A stretch of 64,000 nt of DNA from Eledone cirrhosa (Eukaryota). Made by a program: the position numbers and the translations under genes. Location of the stretch: the NCBI GenBank assembly GCA_964016885.1, contig OZ024742.1:70060001-70124000 (forward strand). Direction: 5' to 3'. The notes below the pieces were generated by a model. The model made no database searches and had not been told where the DNA came from. It worked only from the letters and a program-made list of their open reading frames with translations. Every line of letters starts with the position of its first letter. The stretch's first letter is position 1. This document shows, in pieces, positions 1 to 12,780 of the stretch.

Positions 1-143
1 ATGATTGAATGCAATTGAAGTCGCAGGTTTTACATCAGAGTGACTTTCTCCGGGAGAGATGTTTTAATGAAGACTAGGAGTCTCTCGCTCCACAAAAAAA
101 ATCTTTATTGGATGGCTGTTGACCCACCTGAGTTCATCCGCCC
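1..143 (-). mobile_element. RTE-like 5'UTR fragment (diverged subfamily), runs off window start
   Basis: Minus strand gggcggatgaactcaggtgggtcaacagccatcc...ggagaaagtcactctgatgtaaaacctgcg is visibly similar to the 5' part of the 610-bp element and to 50110-50390. Confidence 0.55.
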
Positions 144-155
144 TTACATACATAC

Positions 156-392
156 ATGATGGCTGCAGTTCGATTTCGAGTAATGCCATCTGTTAATACT
201 TAAGCATGAGCATCACGTACGTGACCTTTTAGTCCTGCTCGTAATTTGCCTGTGGTTAGCAATACCATGCGTCGCAAAAAATGTCACATATCAAGCGATG
301 CCTGTGCTTGAGCTTTTTTAAGTGAGGAAAGGCTTCGCACGGGGCCAAACCCACTTTCTGAACATCAAATGTATTTGCCCAAAAAGAAGAAC
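156..392 (-). mobile_element. Short bipartite non-autonomous RTE derivative, second subfamily
   Basis: Minus strand: RTE 5'UTR-like block joined to a C2H2 remnant (LRAGLKGHVRDAHA*), then the 3' hairpin gatggc..ctcgaaatcgaa..gccatc and an (ATGT)n tail. Confidence 0.65.
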
Positions 393-484
393 ATATATAC
401 ATACATGTATACATACAAACACGCATACATACATACATACATACATACATACATACATACATACATACATACATACATACATAC

Positions 485-1095
485 ATGGTGGCTGCCAACT
501 CGTTTTCGAGTACGGCCACTACTTTATATTCATGTAGGAGAACCCCTACCGATGCGCTGAACGAGTGTGACTTTTTAGTCCAGCCAGCGACTTGAAAACT
601 CTGGTACAAACACCACACTTGTGACAATTATTGACATATAGTTCTGGGCTCATGGTACCATGTGGCGACAAGTGCAGAGAGATCTCCAGATATAAAGCAA
701 TGCCTGTGCCGTGAAGCTTTTATAGTGAGCAAAGGCACTGCACAAAGCCAGTCCCACTCTCTTAAGCAAGATGATATTTACCAAAAAGAAGAACAAGTCA
801 ACATCATTGGATACCATCAGAGTTGCAGGTGTTATATCAGAGTTTTCCTTCTCCTAGAATTCTGCCTTGACAAAGGCTAAGGGGTCATTTCTCCCAGTGA
901 TTTTGGATGGCCATTGACTCTTAAGAGCTCCTTTGCCCTTTGACAGGTTTTGTTTTTAGTCCTGCAGGATGTCCAAAGTCACCCTCCTCACCAAGAAACC
1001 TTTTGTGGGGTTGCCAGTTTAGTCGCCAACGACCCGACCATGAGACAGGTTGTACTGGGATACATGTTACCAGTAGCACCAACTGGTGACCTGAC
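485..1095 (-). mobile_element. ~610-bp non-autonomous bipartite RTE derivative, copy A
   Basis: Near-identical to three copies at 50.4-52.9 kb. Its 5' part matches the 5'UTR of the RTE at 50110-50390. Its 3' part encodes [26 protein letters not shown], like the last RTE zinc finger. (TACA)n on both sides. Confidence 0.85.
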
Positions 1096-1159
1096 ATACA
1101 TACATACATACATACATACATACATACATACATACATACATACATACATACATACATAC

Positions 1160-2195
1160 AGACCCGAATAGTAACACTACACTAAAGCAACATCTTCGGC
1201 AGAAGAAAAAGGTCAGCAACCTTCTTGCCCAGGTCTATGATCATGAAGGAAATAATATTAGGATAGCCACTGATCTGGAGGAGAGATATGGAATAACGCC
1301 TGACATAAATCTCTCTCCCGGGGAAATTGGATGATCCTATTCAATGTTCGAACAAGTTTTAAAAAATGGACCAATTTACAGAGAAAGTTGTGCATGGGTA
1401 CCTGAGACGAAAAACACAGACCATAGAGGGGATAAACCACTCAAAAAGCCTGGCATGGAGTTCCGACAAGTTTATGACACCCACCTTGGAGGATATCTCT
1501 ATGCAATACAGGGACAAGAAATCCTACCAAATATCTGCAGCACAAAAGAGGAGGGCCATCAGTCAACAATAAATGTAGGCTTTGTAAAACCAAGATCGAA
1601 GATGTTAGCCACATTGTTGCCAACTGCGAAAGAATGTCGTCTCGTTACTACCTCCCCAAGAGACACGATGTGATAGCTAGAACCATCTGGAGTGCACTTA
1701 GGAAAACAAAGTTAAAAACAAATGAGGAGGAATATGTTGAGATAGATGGCATTAAGGAATACTGGTGGAACCTGAAAATAAAAACTGCCACCAAATTAAA
1801 GCACAACCGGCCTGATATTGTTGTTTGGGACCACACATTGAAAACGTGTTCTGTTGTAGAGATCAGCTGTTCACTTGATGTCAAAGTTGTAAGAAAAATA
1901 CAAGAGAAGGAGACATCTACGGATCATTGATGAGGGGTTTGCAGATCCAGTATCAAAGGTACACCTTCAGTTTCATACCCATCATTATTGGTGCTACAGA
2001 TTATATACCAACCCGCTTGAACCAAAATATAACTGAACTTGGATTTGTGAACAAAGAGCGCCATACCCTAATTCATAAACTACAAATGGCTGCGATAGCT
2101 GGAACCTTCAAAATTTACAAAACATTCTTGCGATTCAAGGAATGACAATTTCTTTTCTTTTACACCTTGCCACCAGGAAGGTGGCAGGTCAAAAT
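1160..2195 (+). mobile_element. 5'-truncated R4/Dong-clade non-LTR retrotransposon (CCHC knuckle + RLE endonuclease), frameshifted
   Basis: KVVHGY, CRLCKTKIEDVSHIVANC, RHD, RPDIVVWD..VVEISC and PIIIGA motifs; short 3'UTR hairpin at 2165-2188; starts after (TACA)n and ends in TACATACATA. Confidence 0.85.
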
Positions 2196-2629
2196 GTATA
2201 TACATACATAGTGTCTGAAAATTAACACTCTTTTCCAACTATATCAAGCGTGAAACTAATAATATATTTCTTCATTGTACTGTGTCGTTTGCTTTGTTAT
2301 TTCTGTTTGCCTTTTGCATAGTCTCACCAAGCGTGAAACTAATAACACTATGTACTATTGACTCCTGCATTTGTTTGTTTATTTGTCCTTTTGAATTATA
2401 TATATATATATGTGTGGGGGGGGGGTCGCGGGTTCAATCGGGGGTAACTACAGTAAGTAAGGTACTCAATAGAAGAAAATGGGAGTGAAAATATATACAT
2501 GCGTGTGTGTGTTTGTTTGTATGTGTGAATATAGATATAGATATAGATATATATGTGTGTGTGTGTGAGTGCGTGTGTGTATGTGTATGTGTTTGTATGT
2601 GCGAACATATATATATAAAATTAATTAAT

Positions 2630-2765
2630 AATTGTTTCTACTTTTGGCACAAGGCAAGAAATTACCCAGTACATTACTGGTACTTTATTTTATCGACCAC
2701 GTAAGGATGAAAGGCAAAGTTAACCTCGGCGGGATTTGAACTCAGAATGGCAAGGACCGTAAAGT
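2630..2765 (-). mobile_element. tRNA-derived Nin/Deu-domain-like SINE, partial
   Basis: B-box gagttcaaatccc plus core gcctttcatccttac..gtcgataaaataaagtaccag on the minus strand. Confidence 0.75.
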
Positions 2766-3989
2766 ATTGACGAGGTGTCAAATTTTCATTGATCAGCTCA
2801 AGGTTTGATTTCTATCGATCGGGCCCGACTCTGGAATCAAAAACACATCAGGCTTCTGTTAGCTTAATGACGGAATGTTATTATTAATATTATACTATGC
2901 TTAGTACAAACCCAAAGTTCACACTGGAGTCTACGCATCGAGAGCTCACTTTGGTGAACCAACAGTAACTTGACGTTCCAATCCCTAAAATATATGATGT
3001 CTTGGGCATTAGTCTACTAGTGGTCTTATTTGAAGGTATCGTTTTGAGCATTTCCAGGTCTGTGCACAAACGATTCTTTCAAGAGAGAGAGAGAGGGGGG
3101 GAGCGAGAGAGAGAGAGAGAGACAGAGAGAGAGAACGCAAGTGCCTGTGGAATACACTATAAAATAATGTGTAAATGAACCCTCATCATTGAAACTGACG
3201 GAAGATCTGTTAACATTTATACACACGCACAGAACTATTGCCATGTGCCTACACACTCATGAAAACACGCGCATTGCCTCGGTCCTCCCACCTCCTAACC
3301 TTTAAAAATAACATTCATGCATGTGTAAAAGAATTTAAATACAATAAAAAAGTTAGCTAATTGTTTACTTGCTCTCACCTTTCAATATATTTATGTTACA
3401 GACAGACACACTTGTAAGCATGCCCATTGTTAAATATTTTCATTTAGTCTTCTTGCAACACAACTAAAGCTGTCAAAATTTCTAACCGGAAGTTAGTTTT
3501 TACCTCTACAAAAGATTCCGTATTTCATAGAGACTCTTTTAGTTTTACTATTTTCACAATTAAATTATTTTCACCTATGTTCACATATCTTTGAATATTA
3601 TAGGTATATCACAGAATTCGAATGTTAGGCTTCTGCAGCTGTTTCCACCATCAACTTTCGTTCGATTCTAACCATTGTAACATTATGTAAACCCACTGGC
3701 ATGGAATACCTGCAACAGGTGGACATTCATTGCCTTTGTAGTAAGAAGATTGTAGTAGGAGGATTCCCAAAGTCATCACCAATTCTATCACCACCACCAC
3801 TTCCTCCCCCCTTACTGTTGTCTACAATTCGTCTGAGCATTGTGTGTGTCAGACGATATATGTATGTCAGACATTGTACGTGTTTCAGACGCTGTGTGTG
3901 TATCAGACGGTGCGGAGGTGTCAGTTCATAAAACTGCTTCTGTTGTACCTGTTTAAGAACAATGTCATTGTATTATTACAATAAGGCAC

Positions 3990-4600
<611 letters not shown>

Positions 4601-5611
4601 TAAGTATGTAAATACTCAGGGGAGGTAGGAGTTTTTTATGAAGTAGATTGTAAACAATAGTTTCTTGAAATAAGATGAAAAATACTTATATGTGTGTATG
4701 TTATATATATATATATATATGTGTGAGTTTGTGTGTGTGTGTGCTCACATATATGTATATATTTGCGTGTGTATATGTGTAATTGTGTATGTATGTTTAT
4801 GTATATGACGTTTTCAAGGTAAACTTAAGGTAGATATAACTATCATTTTTTTTACTTAAAAGCCTTCGATGTAAAAAGAATGAAGTGCGAAGTGTAAACA
4901 CTTTGAACTATTCCTCCGTACACAAAACTATAAGAGATTATTCTTATGCAGGTCAGCCATTGTATCAGAGAATAATTACTTCAATGATTATGTGTATGGA
5001 GAAATATTGCTATAGCAATGCTATATATGTCATACAGATTACTGAAAGTTCCTAAAATAACCGATCATATATATTTTAATATGCTGTGACTAAATGCTAA
5101 CAAAGATTATAATATACGAGTACAGGTAAAACTTTTGCAAGGGCTTATTTGATGGTTAGAGGTTATCGGTTTGCTAGGCGTGACAGATAGCACACCTGTT
5201 CGGTATACAGTAAATACAAATTTCGATCCCTGTAGGCGATTCTGTCCACTTTTTATTCCACCTTACCTCACACCTAAAGTTTATCATACATACAGAAAAT
5301 ATTTATTTCAACACATTTAAAAAAACTTAAAAAATAGAGAATAAAAAAAAATTTAAATAATGGATACCGAATCAAAAACAAAAAAAAAACAGAGCGATAA
5401 TACATCGCAAAGAAGCGGTCAGAGCCCATCAACACCCGAAGGACAAATATTGATGGATATTAGCGTTTGTGAAGAAAATTAACGAAATCGTATTGTTACT
5501 TTGAACCAGCATTTTTCAACCTTTTTACCCTTGTAGAACCCTAGAAATAGTTTTCATGTTTCAGAGAACCCCAGCATAATAATTATTATATACCATTATT
5601 ACATCTTTTGA

Positions 5612-5835
5612 GGGTGGTGAATTGGTGGTATCGGTCGAGGGACGGACGCCATGCTTTCTAGCATAGAGTTACGGCCCTATATGATCTGAGTTCAAATCCA
5701 ACCGCGGTTAACTTTGCCTTTAATCCTTACGGGGTCGATAAAATAAGGCATCAGTAAGGTACTGGGTTCGATTTAATCGACTTTCCCCCTTCCCCGAAAT
5801 TACTGTCATTGTGCCTATAGTAGAAATCATTATTA
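5612..5835 (+). mobile_element. Full-length Nin/Deu-type tRNA SINE
   Basis: A-box-like tggtggtatcggt, B-box gagttcaaatcc, conserved core, ATT tail. Confidence 0.8.
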
Positions 5836-5879
5836 ACATCTCTTCTATATAGGTCGAAGCCTTTATTATAATAACCAAG

Positions 5880-6200
5880 GGTTTTTCAACAATATGCTGT
5901 AACCAACCAGAAAAATGTTAATGCCATCCCAGAATACATTCATCTCCCAGGCGGCATGATCTAACTCATTATAGTAGGGGAAAGAAGGCTAAGTGTCATA
6001 TTTGTCTTTGGACCACTTACTTAAGAGACTTCTGCCCAACACTGAAGAACTCACTAACAACAACCAAAATCCAGAGAGCAGCAACATCAACATTAAGTAA
6101 AACTACAGCAACATCACCAACTGCCCAACCAATACCCACCACAGCAACGAAAGACTCTGCCAGTATTCAAACGAAGGGCATACCACTCCCCGATTCTAAA
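5880..6200 (+). mobile_element. Degenerate Tx1/L1-like ORF1 (gag knuckle) remnant
   Basis: NAIPEYIHLPGG..KAKCHICL..RDFCP, homologous to the 8200-8560 (-) knuckle. Confidence 0.4.
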
Positions 6201-6796
6201 AGGTCAGATATGACATGCAACGAGTCTGACAAGGGAGAGCTGTGGGAAAGAGAAAAATAAAAGATACTGTAAGAAAGAGGAAGAACCAATACCAATACTG
6301 TGCTTGAACTTTCCTGAAAGGACGAAAGGCAATGTTTACCTCGGAATTGAACTCAGAGCATAGTAAGCAAGTCATTTTTAATCGGAATTTCTTAACGACT
6401 CTACCAATTCGCCACCTTACAAAGACAATATTAATAAAAATAAGAAATTTAAATAATCATAGAATGGTCAATGGTGTTGTTTGTTTATAAAAAGAAATAA
6501 ACAGGTCAATAGAGAAGTGAGTGGTGTGATAACCACCACACTCAATGCTGCCACTTGCCAAGGTCATGTTAGAAGCCTATTGAAGAATAACCAGGATGAA
6601 GGTGGTGTGAGGTAGAAAGCAAGTAGAATAATTGAATGTCTTCAGAATAATGATAGAAGACACAAGGGTTTCATAACATATGGTTCCATTCGCAGATCAC
6701 TTGACAGTAGACACACACACACTCAGGCATCTCTCTCTTTCTCTCTCACTCTCTCTCACCCCTCTCTCTCACTCTTTCTCTTTCTCTCGCGATCTT

Positions 6797-6836
<40 letters not shown>

Positions 6837-7024
6837 TGTGCGTGTGTGTGTATGCGTGCGTGTTTATGTGTGTGTGTGTGCGCGTTTGTGTGTATGTTTA
6901 TGCATGTTTGTGTGTGTATGTGTAATAGTGGTGTATATGAAGGCATCTAGGATTTGTTTAGTATACATAAACATATCCTATAAACTTCTATTGTGAATCA
7001 CGCCATGTTTGTACTACGGCTAAT

Positions 7025-7118
<94 letters not shown>

Positions 7119-7204
7119 CCTGTATATATATATATATATGTATATATGTATATTGCCGTACTTTGGGCAAATCATGCTGCCAATAAAAATATACGTACAA
7201 ATGA

Positions 7205-8190
7205 ATTTCACTTCACTTTATTATTATAAATTTCTATCGGTTAGTTTAATCGGATGGTTGTTAAGTTGTTAATTGTCAAATATCTTTCGTTACACATTTT
7301 GTGACCTCTTCAGTGACTTCATTTGTTACTTTGTGTCTCCTCTTTGTTCTGCTTTACACCATCTTGTCTTTATGAGCTGTGCACCTAGACTGCGCATGCG
7401 TTACATCCGTGTGTGTGTGTGTTTCTCTCTCGTTCTTTTATCTTTCCTTTAGTTGCCATTAGTTAGTTATCTGATTTTTGTATTCTATGTTTGTTTATGT
7501 GTGTGTGTGTGGCGGGGGTTCTGTCTATGTATTTTAATAGTTTTGTGTTTTGTGTGTCCTTAGTTGTAAGGTTTCTATTTAGTTTTGGTCTGAATTCATT
7601 TTTATTCGTTGCTTCTATAATCTGGTGAAGCATTATATCTATTCAGTGTCTAGATATCATTTTTCTCTTGATATTTTCTAGTGAGCACACATATTCCATT
7701 CAGACATGTTCAGGGTGTACTGATGAGTGTTTCTCGTCTTGACGTTCTCGCCAGTGTTCTTTCATCCTTTCTCCTATACTTCAAGCTATCTCACTTATAT
7801 ATGTTGTGTTCCTACCCTTACACAGTCCCTCCGTGCATCTTATGCTAGAAACTAAACTGGGTTCCTAGTTTTATAGTTAATCTGTGAGCTTAATCTACAG
7901 ACTATACATTTTCTATCAGTGTAGGTTTTTGTTTTCTTCAAAATTGTGTTCTGCTAACCAGGGTTTTTATGTGAATAAAATTTAATTTATCTAAGGCCTT
8001 TCTAAATCCGTATGCTAGTTCGCCTCTGGGGGTAGCATTGACGAACATTACACACTGGTATTTGTTGCTGCCATACCATGAGTTGGCCTTATTTATTTTC
8101 TTTTTGACTCTGTCCTATTCTAAAATTTGCTACTAAACATGGGACATGTCCCATTCGCATCTTTTTCTATGATAACCATTGATTTAGCAC
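7205..8190 (-). mobile_element. Degenerate Penelope-like element 3' end (GIY-YIG + pLTR)
   Basis: Minus strand TTYISEIA*SIGERMKEH matches GIY-YIG YIGET.R...ER..EH; hammerhead-like motif downstream. Confidence 0.65.
7275..7320 (-). ncRNA. Degenerate minimal hammerhead ribozyme motif
   Basis: gtca-CTGAAGA-ggtcacaaaatgtgtaac-GAAA-gata-TT-tgac: stem I gtca/tgac, imperfect stem II. Confidence 0.5.
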
Positions 8191-8199
8191 TGGCTCATT

Positions 8200-8560
8200 T
8201 GTATACCCTAATCCCTGTGGGACATCGGGAAGTGACATGTCTTCGATGGTCGTTGATGTTGTTGTTGCTGTTATTGGTGTTCTTGTTGATTTGGGTGTTG
8301 CTGTTGTAGCTACTGTTACTGGTGTTGGTGTTGTTGCTATCTGGGTTTTGGTGGTTGTTGATGTTGGTAGGAGCGGTGTTTTTCAGTTTGTTTGTTTTTT
8401 CTTCTTGTAATGTTGGGCAGAGACTCTCAAAATGATTTCTCGAAAGACAAATGTGGCAGCAGGCTTTCCTCCCTTCTACCTTAATGGGTATGATGATGCC
8501 GCATGAAATACGTGTTTGCTCAGGATTGGCATCTACATTCCTTTGCATGGTTTCGGTGAG
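8200..8560 (-). mobile_element. Tx1/L1-like ORF1 remnant with CCHC zinc knuckle
   Basis: VEGRKACCHICLSRNHFESLCP = CX2CX4HX4C, preceded by the GR motif typical of Tx1-type ORF1. Confidence 0.55.
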
Positions 8561-9039
8561 GATTGTAACCCCAATCCCTAACCACTTTTACTTTTTAGTC
8601 TGGTAGACCTCGAAGATCTTCGAGTTTTCCTCGGTGCCTACCATGACTGTTGCTATTAGTCAAGGAATGATTATTTCATGCGGCACCTGTTGCACACGGA
8701 TCCTTACTAGTCTCTGTCAGCAGTAATAAGGGACTAGCAGGATCTCGTTACTCTGTAAGGGTTTTAGGCGGCGTGGCTTTTCTTCCTCTTCCGTTGCAAA
8801 TCCAACCGCCACTGTGCCAAAGCCCCTGCCTCTTTGTATGAAATGATCCGCTAGCTTCTTTTACTTCTTCGAAAAAAAAGGTTTTCATGGTACTAGCGAA
8901 AAATTTGGTAATGCTGACATTATTTACTGGTTTGCTGGTTGACTTGTTGTTGTTGTTGTTGTTGTTGTTCAGACTATTATTAAGGCTGAAATCGGGAGAA
9001 ACCATAGGGGTACCGGAATATAGTGGATACAAGACAAGT

Positions 9040-9720
9040 ATTTGGGGATTTTAGAACTGGATAATATTTTTACATGCAGAAATAAAAGAAAAGACTAGGG
9101 ACATATTTAAAAAGAGTAAAAATTAAATCCAACCTGAATGCGCGAAATCTAGTTACTGCAATGAATACCTGGGCAATTGCAGTGGTTAGATTTAGTGCGT
9201 CCATTCTCAGGTGAACTAAAGAAGAAATAGTAAAAAGTTGAATAGAAAGGTAATGATATTGTACGGCGCTTTACACCCTAAAGCAAATATAAACAGATCG
9301 TACATGAAGAGAAAGAATGGTGGTAGAGGTCTCATCAGTGTGGATTATTCTATAAGAAGAGAAAGGCGAAAGCTTGCAGAATATTTGGTAAACAGTGAAG
9401 AAGAATTATTTCAATATGCAGCAGAATATATGGGTATAAATGCAGATGAAATGTTTGGTAAGGAAGGATTTAACCAAAGAGTTGAAGAGAAGACAAAAGA
9501 AGATCATCTGGAAATGAAAATGCACGGGCAATTTGAAAGAAATACACGGGATATCAAGGATAAAACATCATGAACATGGCTTAAACAAGGTGATTTGAAA
9601 CGTACTACCGAAATCTTTATAATTGCACACTCTGTGAAAAGAATGTGGAAAATATAAGCCATTTGGTAAAGTGGACGTGAGAGCTTTGCGTAAAAAGATT
9701 ACCGCCGCCATGATAAAGTC
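9040..9720 (+). mobile_element. Dong/R4-clade LINE fragment (RT thumb region)
   Basis: NARNLVTAMNTWAIAVVRFS, GALHPKANINRSYMKRKNGGRGLISV, KMHGQF, WLKQGDLKRTTE. Confidence 0.8.
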
Positions 9721-9749
9721 TGTCTGTGCCGTCATTGGCTGTTATGTCG

Positions 9750-9945
9750 TAAATAACTGTTTCTACGTTAGGCACAAGGCCAGCAATTACCCAGTGCATT
9801 ACTGGTACTTTATTTTATCGACCCCGTAAGGATGAAAGGCAAAGTTAACCTCAGCGGTATTTGAACTCAGAATGGCAAGGGCCATAACTCTATACGTCAA
9901 AGCATGGCGTCCGACCCTCTCCCAATACTGCCAATCCACCGCCCT
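9750..9945 (-). mobile_element. Nin/Deu-type tRNA SINE
   Basis: Full head-to-tail match to the family. Confidence 0.8.
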
Positions 9946-10249
9946 TATGTTATGTCGTAAATAACGATGTAAAGTAATAGAGAATTGTGATCGGGACACT
10001 AATGTCAATCCCATTGAAACTTCAAGACTTCTGAAAGTGGTTGAGAAATCCATGAAAGATTGATATCATACAAAATTCAGCTTTGCTAAGCACTGCGCAC
10101 ATTTTAAGGAAAGTGTTATCTGCCTGAGGTACTTGCTGTGACTTGACAGATGTCGAAGTTTTCCGATGCATTTTTCATCTACACTGCGTAGCAAGGGAAT
10201 AATAATAATGATGATGATGATGGGCGCCTTCTGACTAAAATAATGTCCG

Positions 10250-10850
10250 AAAAAAGTGGAAAAACCCTTGAAATCGAAAGATCTTGAAATTGAAATATAC
10301 AAGATCTTGAGCATGGAGGTAAAAATGATGCCAATAATGTTTGGATTATGTACATGATAAACAATATAAACTAAAACATAGATGCCATACCAGGACTGAC
10401 AACGCTGCACACTATCCATAAATTATCTCCGCTAGGATCACCCCACATTCTACGCAAGACATTGTCGATTCAATATTACACTTCAAATAGAACAATCCTC
10501 ACCATAACACATACTCTAAACATCAAACACCTAATGAAATAAAACAACACAACTCAGACAACACATACTTTACAATAAAATAATACAACACAACTCACAC
10601 AACATATACTTTACAAGATTAATAGCCAATAAAATAATACAACTCACACTATACATACACTAAAATGATCCAAAAAACAACAAGCTAAACTCCATAACAA
10701 AACAAGATGATGTAGTACACAAACAGGAAGAGTTTATACTCCCCACCTTCCACAAAAATAAGCACGCGCAATGCCCCCACACACCTCAGGAACCCGGATG
10801 AGCACCAGGTGATGCAGTAGAAACTTGCATGAAACTATCGAAGAAATAAT
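10250..10850 (+). mobile_element. Dong/R4-clade LINE 3' end with 3'UTR
   Basis: KDLEIEIYKI..MPIMFG..IPGLTTLHTIHKL..LGSPHILRKTLSIQ, then an AC-rich UTR ending in aataat. Confidence 0.65.
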
Positions 10851-10854
10851 TCTT

Positions 10855-11205
10855 TCAAGAATTAGCACAAGGCCAGCAATTTGGGAGAGTAGAATGTTGA
10901 TTATATCTACCCCAGTGCATTACTGGTACTTTATTTTAACGACCCCGGAAGGATAAAAGACAAAGTTGAACTATCGAAAAAAAAATAATGATGATGATGA
11001 TGGTTTCTGATTTAGGCACAAGGCCAACAATTTTTGCGGAAGGAAAAAGTCGATTAAATCGACCCCTGTGCATTACTGGAGCTTTATTTTATCGACCCCC
11101 TATGGATGAAAGGCAAAGCTAACTTTGACAGAATTTGAATTCAGAGCATAAAAAGCGAGAACAAATACTGCTAAGCATTTGACCGACGCTCTAGCGACTC
11201 TGCCA
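10855..11205 (-). mobile_element. Two Nin/Deu-type SINE copies (one partial)
   Basis: The core tactggtactttatttt..cgaccc..ggatgaaaggcaaag appears twice. Confidence 0.7.
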
Positions 11206-11262
11206 AATAATAATAAGAAAATGATCAGGAAATCTAAAATTAATGAATTCAGCCAAAATATG

Positions 11263-11424
11263 AATATTACACTTCAAATAGAACAATCCTCACCATAACA
11301 CATACTCTAAACATCAAACACCTAATGAAATAAAACAACACAACTCAGACAACACATACTTTACAATAAAATAATACAACACAACTCACACAACATATAC
11401 TTTACAAGATTAATAGCCAATAAA
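11263..11424 (+). repeat. ~160-bp exact direct duplicate of 10472-10632
   Basis: aatattacacttcaaatagaac...aatagccaataaa appears identical by eye at both sites. Confidence 0.9.
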
Positions 11425-12289
11425 TCAACTAAACCTGAAAACTTTAAATTAGATCTAAACACCGAGATCAGATAATTAAACCAGAACTACCCATACAAAT
11501 ACAGAAGAATACGTGAAATTGGAAAGATAGAACACTCAAAAATAAAGGCGTCAAATTAGACAAGAGTACTACAGAAGTGTCGGTCTATTAAAAACCAAAA
11601 TCAGTCAGCTTCAAAACTGGAAGTTAAGTGAATTGGAGAGCTTAAACAAACAAGGAAACTACTAAAATCATTCTGAAGTCCCTACCCCAATGCTGCTATA
11701 ATGGATAGAACATATCTGCCCTGCACAGGACATGATACAAATACAGAGTCTTTAGAGCGTGGGGCATTTGTTCTCTGTGTTCGAGTTCAATTCCCACTGC
11801 GGCCAACTCTGCATTTCCTCCTTTTGGGATCGGTAAAGAAAATAGCAGCTCAGAGCTGGTGTAGCCCTCTTTCCTTACAACTGTCACATCGTGGATGATC
11901 CGATAAATGAAGGGTGAAAGGGTCGAGAGGGTGTCTGTGTCTACTCGCAACTACATAGCACCTTAGCGAAAGTTTGGTATATACTACCAAATCTTACTCG
12001 AATGTGAGCTACAAAGTAACAACAATAGGAGGGAAAATACGTAGAAGCAAGCAAAGGAAACCTGGTTTGTGTGTTCAAGAAACTTGACGAAAACAAATAG
12101 GAACATTTCATATATAAGGAAACAATAAAGTTCCAGCTGAAAACTAACTACACCGGACAAAAAAAAAAAATAGATAAGAATAAGACAAAATAAAATGTTT
12201 AAAAAATCATAACTGTATTGAAATATATACTGTTGAAAAATGAAAAGAAAAAGTAATCCCTTGAATACTTAATAGGGATTAAGTAAACA

Positions 12290-12780
12290 AAAGTGAAAAC
12301 AAACTCTAACTCAAAATCTCTGGGCTAAAAGCATAAACGGAAGGTCTGATTTTAGATGTATAGGATCATTGCCTTAGCCACAGACAATTATAAAAACAAA
12401 ATAATGGAAATAGAGTCGAACATCAAATCAGTTCTATGCAACCTTTTTATTTAGAAAATTGTTAATATTTCTGACAGCCAATTCTTTACAATACCTGAGT
12501 GTATATACTGATATGATTTAGTCACCTACTTCTATGCTTACATAGTTACCTACACTGATACTGTCAAACTACAAGGATCTTGAAACTGAAATAAAGAAAA
12601 CGTGAGGTTGTGAAAGTGAAAACAGTCTTAATAACAAGTGGAGTATGACAAGTGGAGTATGATAAAATAAATATGAACAAAACCATAAATATACAGGGTA
12701 TACAACTCTAGACCCAATTAAAAATATTTTCCTACGAGGCACTGCCTATATCGTATGCAAGACTTTTAATTTAATAATCT
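12290..12780 (+). mobile_element. Highly degenerate Dong/R4 LINE 3' fragment
   Basis: SGLKA*TEGLILDV*DHCL, YKDLETEIKK and LRGTAYIVCKT remnants. Confidence 0.5.

Noticed and set aside
3800-3950. Minus-strand 44-codon open stretch after an AG acceptor
   Set aside because: Largely made of an ~18-bp tandem repeat, with no supporting upstream exon
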